From: Zygnema circumcarinatum SAG 698-1b
Taxonomy: Eukaryota > Plantae > Zygnematophyceae
DNA: 64,000 nucleotides
Reading direction: 5' to 3'
Assembly (NCBI GenBank): GCA_037447605.1
Contig: CM074822.1
Coordinates: 705,492 to 769,491 of the forward strand
How positions within the stretch are numbered: the first letter of the stretch is position 1; each line of letters begins with the position of its first letter. The notes under the pieces were generated by a model. It searched no databases. It had not been told where the DNA came from and saw nothing but the letters and a program-made list of their open reading frames with translations. Both the position numbers and the translations under genes were made by a program. Below, in pieces: positions 1 through 12,237 of this stretch.

Positions 1-493
1 ACCACACCTTGAAGCACAAACCAGTGCCAAGCTCATATCTGCTTGGTTTCGTTAACTTTGATTTACCTTCATTGAAAGAGAACTCTGGACTCACCGTTAC
101 CGACGATCATCAAAACACCGCTTCTCCCGCGGAGAAGTGCAGCAGATTATTAAGTAACACCAGTTCCTCAGTAAGCGGTCCTGAGAACTCCAAAACCTGA
201 TTGGCAGACAGCCAAGCTCAGCAAGACCATCGATTCAAAGACGTGGGATGGAACTCTCCTCTTCTACCCCCTTTCCAACTCCAACCCCCTCCCCCTCTCC
301 TCCCCGATGAAAGAAGGAGACAAAGGAATCCACTAAGTTGGATTGGAAGGAGAGCGGGAGAGGGGGAGGCGTAGGCAGATAGAGGTTGAAGGGGAGGAGT
401 GGGGGGGAGAGGGGCAGCCGGATAGTTGTGGAAGAATACGTTTTCAATGGGAGGTAAGTCGCCAAAAGACAAGGATGCCCACAGGCGGCAAGT

Positions 494-3400
494 TTAGGTT
501 GTACAATCATAATTCATAGACTCAGGAATTAGATAATTGACGAGTCTGAAACTCACCACAGCACTGCCGATTGTGCCCAAGTTTACAGTTCCATCCTCAA
601 CTTGCACAGCTGTGTCAATGCCCTGATCGATAGGACCCCTTCCAAGCCCGCTGAGGACGTCATGATATCTTCCATCCCTCAAGGGTACTTTGATCGATTC
701 GTTCTGCACAATTAGCGTTAAAAAGATGAGCCAAAACTCTGACAGCAGCCAACAAAGTCTAGAGATGTGTAATCGACATGTCTGCGAGTCTTCGGTTTAC
801 GAAACGTATAATGCTACACAAGCTCTGGATGAAATGAAGGGCTGAGAGACAAAGCAGAAGCATTTCACATTCCAAAAACATGATATAAATGTGCAGAGTG
901 CATAACGGACGAAACATGAAATTCAAAGAAGCTTGAGAGGAGAGGGACTATTGAATAAGAGACGTGAATCAAAAGAAAACATGAAGGACGGGTTATTTCA
1001 GTCAAGTGAAAGGCGAGTTCAGCACTGTGCAATTCTAAATTACCGAGAACAATTGAATAAAGCAGGAAAAGGTTCCCTGCCTTGCCTCTGTAGCGAGCAG
1101 AGGTATCCATTGGACAACAGATTTGCCCGAGTGGGGGTAAGCTATACGCGATGGTGAAGAAACCTTGAGGTTGTGGAGTGAATTGCATAGACCATACTAG
1201 CCTCTAGACAGGCAATTAAAATCCATTTAGGCCAATAAACATCTTAAATGCCACTTACCCGCTCTCCCAAGACATTGAAAATGCCAAGTAAACTGTTGGA
1301 GTTGTCGGGTGCTAACCAAGCTGCTATGATGCATGTATCACCATACAGGATGGAAAATGATCCTTCTCTGACCGCTGGGGCCTTCTTTAACGAGGTGACT
1401 GCCTTAAGGAATGGCTGCACAATAAGGTGAAAAACAAAAGCACGGGTAGAGGAGAGCGCAAAGCTGTTACTTAAATAGAAAACTTAGTTGCCATCATCAC
1501 AGCGATTCAATTCTAGACGGAAAAAACGGCGCAATTTCGCAGTGACCTAAGAAGCGCGGGTTATCACAAGAGTTTTAAAGTGGCTCACCTCCAACGAACG
1601 ACTCCCCCAAAGTACAGGATCGTCTTCAAAGAGCTCTGGCGGATTTTGAGCCTCAGATTCCTATTCATGCCTATAACAAGTAGTGAGAAGAGAAGAACTT
1701 ATACGAATGTCCTCACAGCTTACTTGCGAACTACCAATACTGAATGAGGAGTTCATAAGGTATTCCATGCAAAGGTGAAGACTAGTGTGGTGTGAAAGAT
1801 AAAGTTCATTTCATGGGAAATGTAGCTGATACCTGGCCACCAAAGATGAGGAATGCTCCTCTATTGAAAGCAGCGAAAGCAGTCCAAGCCATAGCAACTT
1901 CCCTGCTTGGAGCTCTTTTCATGATGCGCATCTGGGATTAGCGAAAACAAACTCAAACGATAAGATTAGTGCTTGAAAAAGCATGACCGATTACGGGCAG
2001 ATTCTTTCACCAAATTTGTGGGCAAAAAATCTGAAACAGATTTATGGATCCAAAAAAGTATGAAATGGAGGTCACAACTTCATAAACGAATGCAGATTAA
2101 TTACATGCAGAGGCTACTTTAATGGTTCTGTTATTCACCTGGTCGTGATTTTCGACAAAACGAAGTTTGACGGCATTGTGCGGCAGATAGGCCACCTGCA
2201 AGCACTCGGCTCTCCCATTTTGGCGAACTCAACAAATCGAGAACCCTCATCCATTTGTATTTCAGTGTTACATACTGCCTATTGTGAAGTCATAGGTTGC
2301 TTCAACTAAAAGACTACCCAAGGAGGGCGTCGACTCCAACCAAAAGTATAGTCATTTAGGGGTCACCTCCAAGTGAGGATAAAGCTCTCGGAAACAGAGC
2401 TTGAAAATGGAAAACACAAAACATCTACTAACAAACGTTCCCAGTGCTGCAACATTTTGCATATCTTGAAGGTACTAGAGGTCTCCTCCATCAGTATCGG
2501 TTAGTTCACCATTAAACATGCGGTGCGATTCCTTACAACAATACTGACACCTTTCACGATCCTCGTTATTGCCCTCATTTCTTTCCCTACTACCCGTTTA
2601 GCTACTTCCCTCCTTTTTTTAACCAGAATGCAATCGCATGGTTCAAAATGCTCGCTCAAGTTATGCCTAAATAAAAAGAAACGTTTCAAAATCCAATACA
2701 CATGAAGCACAGGTATCCTGTTCGAACTCACCTGAAATTGTAGCATCTCCAAATAGCGAGAAAGACTCTCTTGGCCAGCCACCACAGCACACCACCTGAA
2801 CCAGAGGTCATAGTCATACACAATATCAAAGACGCGGTACAGTTCTGCATCACACAATCCCACCCCACCCTGTCCCCAGAAGAAACTGGGGCTTAAATGC
2901 AACCTTAGACAGGATGCGAGTGCAGAGAGGGAGAGAGAAAGAGAGATGAGGGAGGGGGGGAAAGAATCAGTTTGACGTATGTATATGTCCGAGAGAGAGA
3001 GAGAGAGAGATAGCGAGAGGACAGTATCAATTCTGTGAGATCGGTATACACACATGAACTTCGGCAAATCAGGCTGGGATTGAACCGAAAGCACATTGTC
3101 TTGCGACCTTCTTGTTTTCAGAAATTCATTGATTTACCGTTACGGGGATACTGCAGGCGCATCAAAGGCAAGAGAAAAACTCGTGATTTATTTCTGAATG
3201 TTCTGACTCCAGAATCAAGGCTGATAACTTCCATGACAATTGAATCATCAAATGGATTTCGTGGTCCAAAATCTTCTTAACTGGAGTAGCGGAGCCATAC
3301 CATCCGCCGTCTCATAAGGAGAAAATTTGAATCACAAGCTTCCGCAAGCCAAAGCACGTCAGGATTAACCTGTGCCACTCTCCTCCGTGCCTCCTGCAGA

Positions 3401-5978
3401 CAAAAGAGCAGAAGTAAGAAAGATAGATAACCTATAATCAAATTTGTTTGCTCAACACGGGGGCAAGCGTTTCATAACCTTCAACAAACCCGGCTTCACG
3501 TTTTTATATGAATTAAAGAAAGCCGCTATGTCAAGAACTCGAGGATAAGACTGCATGGAATAGTATCCAGAAGGGCACGTCACAAAGTGGACTTTCCATG
3601 CCGTTCTAAAATGCGAGAACTCTCCACAAGTGGACATTTCAGATGAAATTCAAAATTGCATGAGAGATGTGTCGGGAAGGCCCAACAACAGGAAAGCCTT
3701 TCAAGATGCAGGTTGCATTGGCTGAAGGAAACGAGAAAAAACACCAGATAAACGCCATTTTCAAGGGACATAGGTACCATAAAACCGGACGGTCATAGTG
3801 CTACTGTGTGTGCCCATGATTGGCTAAGCTTGTGAAATTGTTCATGAGGTAACAGGTTATTGTAAATACCAAGTTCTTCAATAGTTGGCAAGCTAAATAG
3901 GGAACTTTCAGAAGTACAAGCTTCGTACCTCCCAGAATTCAATGGGCACAAAGGTGGCTACGTCGCAGCGAAAGCCCCGAACTCCTTTTTCTGCCCACAT
4001 GACAAGGGTGTCCATCAAGTACTCCCAAAGCCCTCGGTGCGAAAAGTTGAGATCTGCTACATCTGACCAGGGCGACGTAGGATTTCCGTTTGCATCCTGC
4101 ATTAACAATAAACTCAATGGTAGTCAAGAGTAGCAATACTGCACGTTGACGAGAGACCACCTTCGCTATATTGACACCGTTGGGAAGGTGATTAGTTGTG
4201 TAGATCTCCCATTAGGAAAATGGAAGTAAAATACTCTGAATACTCTCCAACATCGTCTCTACGTTTTCTCATTTATCATTGGTAATTCGAACTTCAGTTG
4301 TGTTGGAGAGGCATCGTCACGCAAGCGATTAAAATAAAACAAAGGAACGAACTCCAAAAAGAAACATGAGAACCTTAGATCATCTAGTCTGACATGAGGC
4401 ACCTTCCCCAATTTCACTCTCTCTGTCAAATGGCTCTTGATCGTATCCCCTCGAGGCACGAAAGCTCTACCAACGCGGAGGCAGGCAGTTTAAGCTGGTT
4501 GTCCTTCATTATTCGCACACCCACCAAATGCTGCGGTTTGGAAAAGAAGTGCTGTAGTAAGCAATGATAATTTAAAGCAAAACAAAGGTTGTGGGCGTGG
4601 CAAAGATAAAAAGACAATAATTGACAAACGCATTCATTCAACAAGGTGCAAGTGGCCTACCCTCTTGAACCATTCCGGATGCTCTCGAGCCAAAACAGAA
4701 TCGCGGGCGGTGTGATTGAAAACTATGTCGATCATTATGCGCATTCCGAGCTCCTTTGCTGCCTTCACAAGTTTGTCAAAATCTGGATGCCAGAAATACG
4801 GGCAGTTTAAGGAAATCGTATTTGGAGTGAGGTCTCCTTCATTCGGAAAAAAGAGACTAAAAGAACAACACAGACTTTGCAACAGAATTACATTTGCAGC
4901 TCCATTCCTACTCAGATTACTGTTATAACCAGGACCACCTGCCGAATGTGGAAACCTTAGTGCAAATGTTGCCGTCATACATGCTTGCATACAGCTTCTG
5001 CCTCTAAATGTTCTCAATTGCAGAAGCTGGGCTTTTTTTTTTGTTTAACAGTACGGTTTTATCTTCCTTAAGCTGACGGCCGAACTCCATTGATGGTCAA
5101 GTTTGGTTCGCTTTAAGCATTTTGCCAAGGGCGACTCTCCCAAAATAGATTCTGTACGTTCAGTTTGTGTACGTCGCGAGCAGCCATTGGACAGATTTCT
5201 TGACTAAACTGAAAAATAAACTCAACCGAAGTCATCGGAGGACAGTGGGAGACAAGCAGGTTGGCAAGGGCCTGCTAATTCGAGGATTTCTAAACACTTA
5301 TTCTATCAATCAGTAGTCACCTTCAAAGGTTCCATGTCTTTCGCTGATTCCTCGATAATCCTGGATGCAATACGGTGATCCCTGCGTTCCCTTCCGTGCT
5401 TCTTCTCCTATGGGATAGTGAGGCATCAGCCAAACAACATCGACACCAAGGCTCCTCAGCCGCGCCAAATCCTGTTCGACTTCAATAAACGTTCCAGCTG
5501 TCGAATGATTTCTCACAAACACTTCATAAAATATCAAATTGCACGCATCAACTTTCAAGTCTTTCAAAGGGACTTGAGAAGCCAGCTCCACTTTTTGTTG
5601 ACGGCTGGCAATCCCTTCAGTTGGAGCCATAGTACTCAGATTCATCTGCAACTGATTCTCTGAAACCGCCGAAGCTCTTAATCTCCTTCCAAAAAAGCAC
5701 CTGTCAGTGTGCAGAACACATCTTGGCAACCTAAAGCACTCCGCCAGGGCAACACAACTGGCCTGAAAGCGCGAGCAGGATGTTTCCAAGCTCCGGCGAT
5801 GCAAGTTCAGACTCAAATCGCATCTCTTTCCTGCTGAAACCCTCCTCTGCGCACCAAGCAGCAGCTGTCTTGGAGCACATGCTTGCCCTGCGACAGCCGA
5901 AGTCTCCGACATATTGAATTCGTCCGAGCTTTTTGCACAGTCAGTCAACAAGCGATACCATATATCAGGATTATTCAA
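494..5978 (-). CDS. GH13 alpha-amylase, bacterial/archaeal AmyA-like type, 10 exons, with an N-terminal extension resembling a plastid transit peptide
   Basis: Exons read with GT-AG ends and consistent phase: 5978-5321, 4782-4661, 4096-3929, 3393-3301, 2869-2732, 2195-2139, 1931-1833, 1660-1589, 1414-1259, 703-494. All four GH13 conserved regions are present: DIVFNH, GFRCDVA (nucleophile), WLAE (acid/base), FVENHD. The N-terminal core reads YEVFVRNHS..GTF..DL.RL..LGVD.VWLMP.YPIG...RKG..GSPY.I.DY. The start codon (5978 or a later ATG) is uncertain. Confidence 0.92.
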
Positions 5979-6145
5979 TATATATTACATTATGAGATGC
6001 AGATATTATATGCACGGTACATGACTTGTATTGCATGTACCCTCAAAAAGCTTTCCAAGCTTCCACTGAAATCCTTCCAAACCTTGCAACTGAAGGGCCT
6101 CCCAAGTCCTTCACAGGCCTCTTGGCTTCATCAGGGAAGCATTTA

Positions 6146-6251
6146 CCAATGAAGATTTGCCACATGTACAATAATGACTACGTGGCACGTCTTCTGTCCA
6201 ATGAAATCATGTCACGTGTACGCTAATGTCCACGTGGTACGTCGCCATTGG
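6146..6251. promoter_or_regulatory. Cluster of three CCAAT-N9-YCACR (ERSE-like) elements with G-boxes upstream of the amylase gene
   Basis: Matches at 6146-6164(+), 6198-6216(+) and 6233-6251(-); the last two form a convergent pair. Confidence 0.6.
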
Positions 6252-6425
6252 TAGATGACAGTTACCTTGCGACTCGAGGGCCTCCCAAATCTTTGGGTGG
6301 GATTCCATCAGCGATTTTTCACCGACGTGGAGGTACAGGCGTAGTTTTGGAGGATGATGTGGCGCCGTCGTGGCGCCGACTAGGACCGACTAGGACCGAC
6401 GTGGAGGTACAGGCGTAGTTCCCCA
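6190..6425. repeat. Left arm of an inverted-repeat structure flanking the CRE/copia nest
   Basis: 6295-6313 is the perfect reverse complement of 15219-15237, and 6410-6425 is the perfect reverse complement of 14901-14916. Looser inverted similarity continues to about 6190/15330. A 26-bp direct repeat lies at 6321-6346 and 6395-6420. Confidence 0.7.
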
Positions 6426-6642
6426 GAACATACCCCCTGAAGGGTGCCTTCGGTGCCTTCGTTTTTCAGCAGGGGATTGGGAGCTTTTGCAGGCGGACCA
6501 TACGGATCGTATTCGTGCTCTGTCTACGTCGACCACTAGCCGTTTGCCTTCCCTTTCTGACGCCCCTGCTCGGCACCATCGGGCTGTGCAGCTAGGTCGC
6601 TGCGAGGAGCTCTCTAGTGCCGCTCGGGCTCTGCGGCCTTTT

Positions 6643-7309
6643 TGTTAGTGAGTGGTACATAGTTCATGAAGAGCATGTAGTTGTTTCGGAGTCTAGCTCG
6701 CATGCTTGTCTAGGATCTACACATCAGGTGGAGCATGTGGCGCATTCTGATTGGCCGCTGCATAGGCGCGGAGCGCTGTGATTGGTCGTGTTACGTGGCG
6801 CTCGGAGATGTACGTGATTGTACGGACGGGGAGCTCCAGAAAACTCGCGGCATTCCTTTTGCCGGAAAATTATTGGCTTGCAAGGCGCGCAGTGGCGTGA
6901 CGTGACGGAGAGTGTTCCGGAAGTCACGTCACACTGTGACTAATAAATTACGATGCAAATGAGCGAGCTGTAACCCTTAGTGCAGGCTGCTAGGTGCAGA
7001 GTAGAGGCTTGCCAGTGTGTGGTGAAGCTTTACAGCATAAGGGGGACACTCTTGTAGTGGAGTAGAGAAGCGCAGGAGGGGCTCTTGTTGTGTTCTTGTA
7101 CTCCGTTTTGAAGTTAAGAGTTTTCAGCATTTGTGCATTCTCTTATCTTCTGAATCTTCGATCTGTTCATTCATTCTTTGCTTGGGGCAGTCTGTGCTTT
7201 GTGAGTGTGATTCTGTGTTTCCGCAAGGCTGGCGTCTCCTAGTCCAAGGAGTAGTGGGATGTCATCCTCGGAGGGATCTTCTACTAGGACCGGAGGCTCC
7301 ACATCTACA
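6643..7309 (+). repeat. 5' LTR (667 bp)
   Basis: TGTTAGTG...TCTACA, duplicated at 11568-12237. Confidence 0.97.
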
Positions 7310-7311
7310 AG

Positions 7312-7323
7312 TGGTATCAGAGC
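7312..7323 (+). other. Primer-binding site complementary to initiator tRNA-Met
   Basis: TGGTATCAGAGC, 2 nt after the 5' LTR. Confidence 0.93.
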
Positions 7324-10300
7324 TAGAGACCGAGCAGAAGGTGATGACGATCGGAAGATTGGAGTGCCATTGTTTGATGGCCACAACTACAAGACGTGGA
7401 GGTGGCGAATGAAGAAAGTGCTGTTGAGCCGAGACCTTCTTGGAGTTGTTGATGGCACGGAGGAGAGACCAACCACCGGTGCTGAAGATATCAAGGAGTG
7501 GCCTCGAAAGGACAGGAAAGCTCAAGCACTTATCGCCTTAACTGTGAAGGATGAGCAGTCGCTTGCACTGCAAGAGTTAGAGACTAGTGCTGAAATGTGG
7601 AAGAGTCTAGAGGATGTGTATGATGTCAAATCTCATACCACGGTTGTCCACTTGTACTCAGAACTAGGCAATTTGAGAATGTCCGAAGATGAAGAGCTGG
7701 CAGATTATATGCAGAGGTTTGATAGCTTGATGCAGAGGTTTGCTCTTGCAAGTAAGCCGTTGGACTCAGATCATAAGATCAGCGTCTTCTTAGAGGGTCT
7801 GCCCAAAAGATTTGAGTTTGCCGGCCATTTCATTACATTACCTTCACTACCGCTAATCTAACCATAAACGAGGTGAAGGGCAGAGTGAGGGAGGAGGATG
7901 AAAGGCAGGCAAAGGCTAAGGTTTCGAGTGACAAGGTGCTGGCGCTAAGGTGGTCGCAGCAAAAGCACAAAGGAGGGGGGAGACCCAAGGTGGACAAGCG
8001 CAGCTCGGGACTGAGTTGCTACAACTGCGGAAAGCCAGGACACGTGAAGACCAACTGCCCGGAGCTGAAGAAGGATAATGCGAGTGGAGCAGGCCCTTCT
8101 AAGTTAGCCGCAAAGGAGAAGGTCAAAGGAGCGTGTCACAAGTGCGGGAAGTTTGGCCACTTCAAGGCAAACTGTCCTGACGGAAATTCAGAGAAGACTC
8201 TAATGGCTGCTGAAGGCGAGTATTCAGAGTTTGCGAATGGAATCCAAGTGCGGGATTATGGATTGAGGCCTTGGCTGATTGATTCGGGAGCATCCAAGCA
8301 TATGTGCGTAGATGAGTCACTTTTCGTGGAGAAGAAGGCGCTGCAGCATGCACGTTCTGTTTATTCTGCCACCGGAGATGGAGTTGAGGTGACGCAAGGA
8401 GGATCGGTCAAGCTGGAGGTACTCAATGGGGGTGTAGGGGCAGTGCTGACCATAGGGAATGTGCTGCACACCCCGGGACTACAGAATAACTTTCTTTCTG
8501 TGAGTCAAATCTGCGAGGAAGGCTGCAAGGTGTGGTTTGATAGAGTGGCGTGCGCAGTAGTTGACGAGAATACCGGGAGGACCCTATGTAGAGGCATGCA
8601 AAAGAATGGCCTTTATTATCTGAATTGGGGTGGGAAGCCGGTGGAGGTGGTCAATTCAGTTGAAGAGGACCCCAAGGTGAGACTCTGGCATCGCAGACTT
8701 GGACACCTTGGATTCAGAGGTTTGAAGCGCCTTGCAGATGAGAAGTTAGTCAGAGGATTGGATGTGGAAGGTGTAAGGGGAGAAGGACACGGGACTTGTG
8801 AAGATTGTGTCGTAGGAAAAGCTCATAGGCGGCCGTTTGGTCAAGGAGCGGTGGCGCAAATCTCTCGGGAGAGATTGGAGCTGGTGCACACAGACTTGTG
8901 CGGCCCTGTTACCCCTACAAGCAAAGGTGGAGCTAACTATTTCATCACCTTTCTTGATGATTGCTCAAGGAAAGTATGGGTGAAAACGCTCACCAAGAAA
9001 TCGGAAGCTTTTCAGGCCTTCAAGGAGTGGCAGCTGCAGGCCGAGAGGGAGACAGGGATGAAACTAAAAACTCTAAGGTCAGACAATGGTGGAGAGTACA
9101 CTTCTCACCAGTTTAGAGATTACCTGAAGTCCCTCGGAGTGAAACATGAGTTCACTGCCCCTTACTCTCCTCAAAGTAACGGAGCTGCTGAGAGGATGAA
9201 TAGGACGCTAGGAGATATGGCAAGGACTATGCTGAATGAGTCGCCATTTCCGCTATCGTTTTGGGCTGAGGCGATCACGGCGGCAGCGTATATTCGGAAC
9301 AGGTGCCCTACATCTGTCTTGAAGGATAAAGTTCCGGAGGAAGTGTGGACAGGCAAGAAGCCGACTGTTGAGCACTTTCGAGTTTGGGGCTCAAAGTGCT
9401 TTATTCACGTTCCAAAGCACAAGCAAGCGCTGAAGTTCAGTCCTCGATCTGTGGAAGGATACTTCCTTGGCTACAATGAAGATAGCCAGACTTACCGGAT
9501 CTGGAACCCAGTCACAAAGAAGGTGGAAAGGAGTCGTGACATAATTGTGCAAGAATTCCACAAGTATTCAGAGAAGCTGGATGGAGAGAAGGACGTGAAC
9601 ACGAGAAGGCTTGTGTTTCCATGGGTTCCAGAAGATTCAGGAAGGGCTGAGGAAGCAGCATTACCACGGCCAGATATTCAGCATAGCCCACCGATGGAGC
9701 ATGTCACTAATCCGCTAGATTCTGTACCTGAGGAGGGACCGCTTGAGGAGGAAGCACCCGAGGAGGAGGAGCCATCAGCGGACTTGCAGGTGCAGCCAGC
9801 AAAGGAGTCAGGAGAGAGGCAAGGATTCACTCCAAACTATGAGAACAGGAGTGATCGTCCAAGGAGGCAACCTGGTTGGTTGGCAGACTACCACCAACCA
9901 CCATATTGGAAGGCAAAAAGGACGAAGAAGGTCAGAACACCTAGTGACTCAGCTGACTTTGCTGGCATTGCTGCGTGCATGATGGCTCATATTTCAGAAC
10001 CTCAGAGTTATGCGGAAGCTTTGCAGGGTGAGGATGCTGAAAAGTGGAGGGCAGCAATAGATAGTGAGCTGAATAGTTTGAAAGAAAATGGAACCTGGAG
10101 ATTGGAGGAGCTTCCTAAGGGTAGGAAGGCTATAGGCTGCAAATGGGTGTTTAAGGTGAAGCGGAAGGCAGATGGGAGCGTAGATCGCTACAAGGCCAGG
10201 CTGGTTGCAAAGGGGTATAGCCAGAAAGAGGGCATTGATTATTCGGAGACTTTTGCACCAGTGGTTAAGTTCAATTCCCTTAGATCACTCATTTCGATTG

Positions 10301-11551
10301 CAGCAGCGGAGAGAATGCATGTCCATCAACTTGATATAAAGACTGCATTCCTCTATGGAGATCTAAGTGAGGAGATTTATATGGAGCAGCCGGAAGGCAC
10401 AGTGGTGGAAGGACAAGAACATCTCGTATGCAGGCTGGTAAAGAGTCTTTACGGCCTCAAGCAAGCACCCCGGATTTGGTACCAGAAGATAGATGATCTT
10501 TTACGGAGGAATGGATACAAGCGGTTTGAGTCAGACCACTCCGTCCACAGTAAAGGTACCGGGAAGGAGGTGCTATACGGGGGCGTTTACGTGGACGATC
10601 TGATCATTGTAAGTTCCTCCATGCAAAGCATTCAAAGTCTGAAGGATTTGATGAAGGAGAACTTCCAGATGACAGATTTAGGAGAGGCCCAATATCTGTT
10701 GGGAATTCAGCTCAAGAGGGGGCGAGATGGTAGTTTGTTCCTTTGCCAAGAGAAGTACGCTAAGGATGTCCTAGCGAAGTTCAGAATGGACAAGTGCACT
10801 CCATGCACAAGTCCCATGGATATGTCACAGAGGCTTTCAGAATCCTTGTCACCCCAGTCTCATGAGGAGGCGAAGAAGATGGAGAATGTACCATACAGGT
10901 CTGCCATTGGAAGCCTGATGTACCTGATGATTGGAACGAGGCCAGATCTTGCTAAGGCGGTCAGCGCAGCCAGCAGGTACATGCAGTTCCCTGGGGATGC
11001 ATTGGGAGGTGAAGAGAATATTCAGGTTTCTCAAGGGACTGTGGACCAGGATTAAGTTTGAGGCGGGGAGTGGAAGTCAAGTGTATGGTTATCTGGGATG
11101 CAGTTAGGGGAGGGATGTAGACAGCGCTAGATCCACCTCGGGATACGCATTGTGAGCAGTAGGAGGAGTTGTGACTTGGAGCTCGAAGCTTCAGGATTCC
11201 GTGGCGCTTTCAAGCACTGAGGCGGAGTATATGGCAGCCTGCCATGCAGCCAAGGAGGCCGTCTGGCTGCAGCAATTCTTCGAAGAGTGTGAGCGGCCCC
11301 AACTCCCTTTGAGGCTGTTAACTGATAACCAGTCTTCTATGACTCTAATGCAGAATCCTGTTTTTCATAAGAGGTCAAAGCATATCAGGATTCAATATCA
11401 CTTTGTCCGTGAACTTGTTGTTGAAGGAAGGATAGCTGTGGATTTTGTGCCTACAAAGGATCAAGCAGCTGACATGCTCACTAAGGGGGTCAATGGGGAG
11501 GCGCTGTGGAAGAACAGCATGCTTCTAGGATTGGGGCCTCTTAGGAACTAA
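7322..11551 (+). pseudogene. copia gag-pol polyprotein interrupted by frameshifts at about 7850 and about 10995-11170
   Basis: gag FDGHNYKTWRWRM; two CX2CX4HX4C knuckles; protease WLIDSGAS; integrase HTDLCGP/SDNGGEY/NGAAERMNR; RT YVDD; RNase H SSTEAEY..TDNQS..DMLTK. The frameshifts may be sequencing errors. Confidence 0.9.
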
Positions 11552-11556
11552 GTACC

Positions 11557-11567
11557 AAGAGGGGGAA
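11557..11567 (+). other. Polypurine tract
   Basis: AAGAGGGGGAA immediately before the 3' LTR. Confidence 0.9.
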
Positions 11568-12237
11568 TGTTAGTGAGTGGTACATAGTTCATGAAGAGCA
11601 TGTAGTTGTTTCGGAGTCTAGCTCGCATGCTTGTCTAGGATCTACACATCAGGTGGAGCATGTATGCATTTTTGATTTCTGGTTGCTGCATAGGCGCGAG
11701 CCGCCAGGATTGGTCGTTACGTGGCGCTCGGAGAGATGTACGTGATTGTACGGACGGGGAGCTCCAGAAAACTCGCGGCATTCCTTTTGCCGGAAAATTA
11801 TTGGCTTGCAAGGCGCGCAGTGGCGTGACGTGACGGAGAGTGTTCCGGAAGTCACGTCACACTGTGACTAATAAATTACGATGCAAATGAGCGAGCTGTA
11901 ACCCTTAGTGCAGGCTGCTAGGTGCAGAGTAGAGGCTTGCCAGTGTGTGGTGAAGCTTTACAGCATAAGGGGGACACTCTTGTAGTGGAGTAGAGAAGCG
12001 CAGGAGGGGCTCTTGTTGTGTTCTTGTACTCCGTTTTGAAGTTAAGAGTTTTCAGCATTTGTGCATTCTCTTATCTTCTGAATCTTCGATCTGTTCATTC
12101 ATTCTTTGCTTGGGGCAGTCTGTGCTTTGTGAGTGTGATTCTGTGTTTCCGCAAGGCTGGCGTCTCCTAGTCCAAGGAGTAGTGGGATGTCATCCTCGGA
12201 GGGATCCTCTACTAGGACCGGAGGCTCCACATCTACA
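11568..12237 (+). repeat. 3' LTR (670 bp)
   Basis: Near-identical to the 5' LTR except for a divergent patch at 11664-11735. Confidence 0.97.

Larger units (their letters stand above)
6643..12237 (+). mobile_element. Full-length Ty1/copia LTR retrotransposon
   Basis: TG...CA LTRs, 5-bp TSD CTTTT (6638-6642 and 12238-12242), PBS, PPT, and domain order gag-PR-IN-RT-RH. Confidence 0.97.

Noticed and set aside
1-480. Possible exon or start of a neighbouring gene
   Set aside because: Short ORFs with no recognisable homology and no convincing model.
494-5978. Bacterial contamination as the source of the bacterial-looking amylase
   Set aside because: Nine phase-consistent GT-AG introns, an AG microsatellite in an intron, and contiguity with plant-type genes and retroelements.
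7830-7875. Programmed gag-pol frameshift in the copia element
   Set aside because: The shift falls inside gag before the zinc knuckles and no slippery heptamer is seen; copia normally uses one ORF. An indel is more likely.
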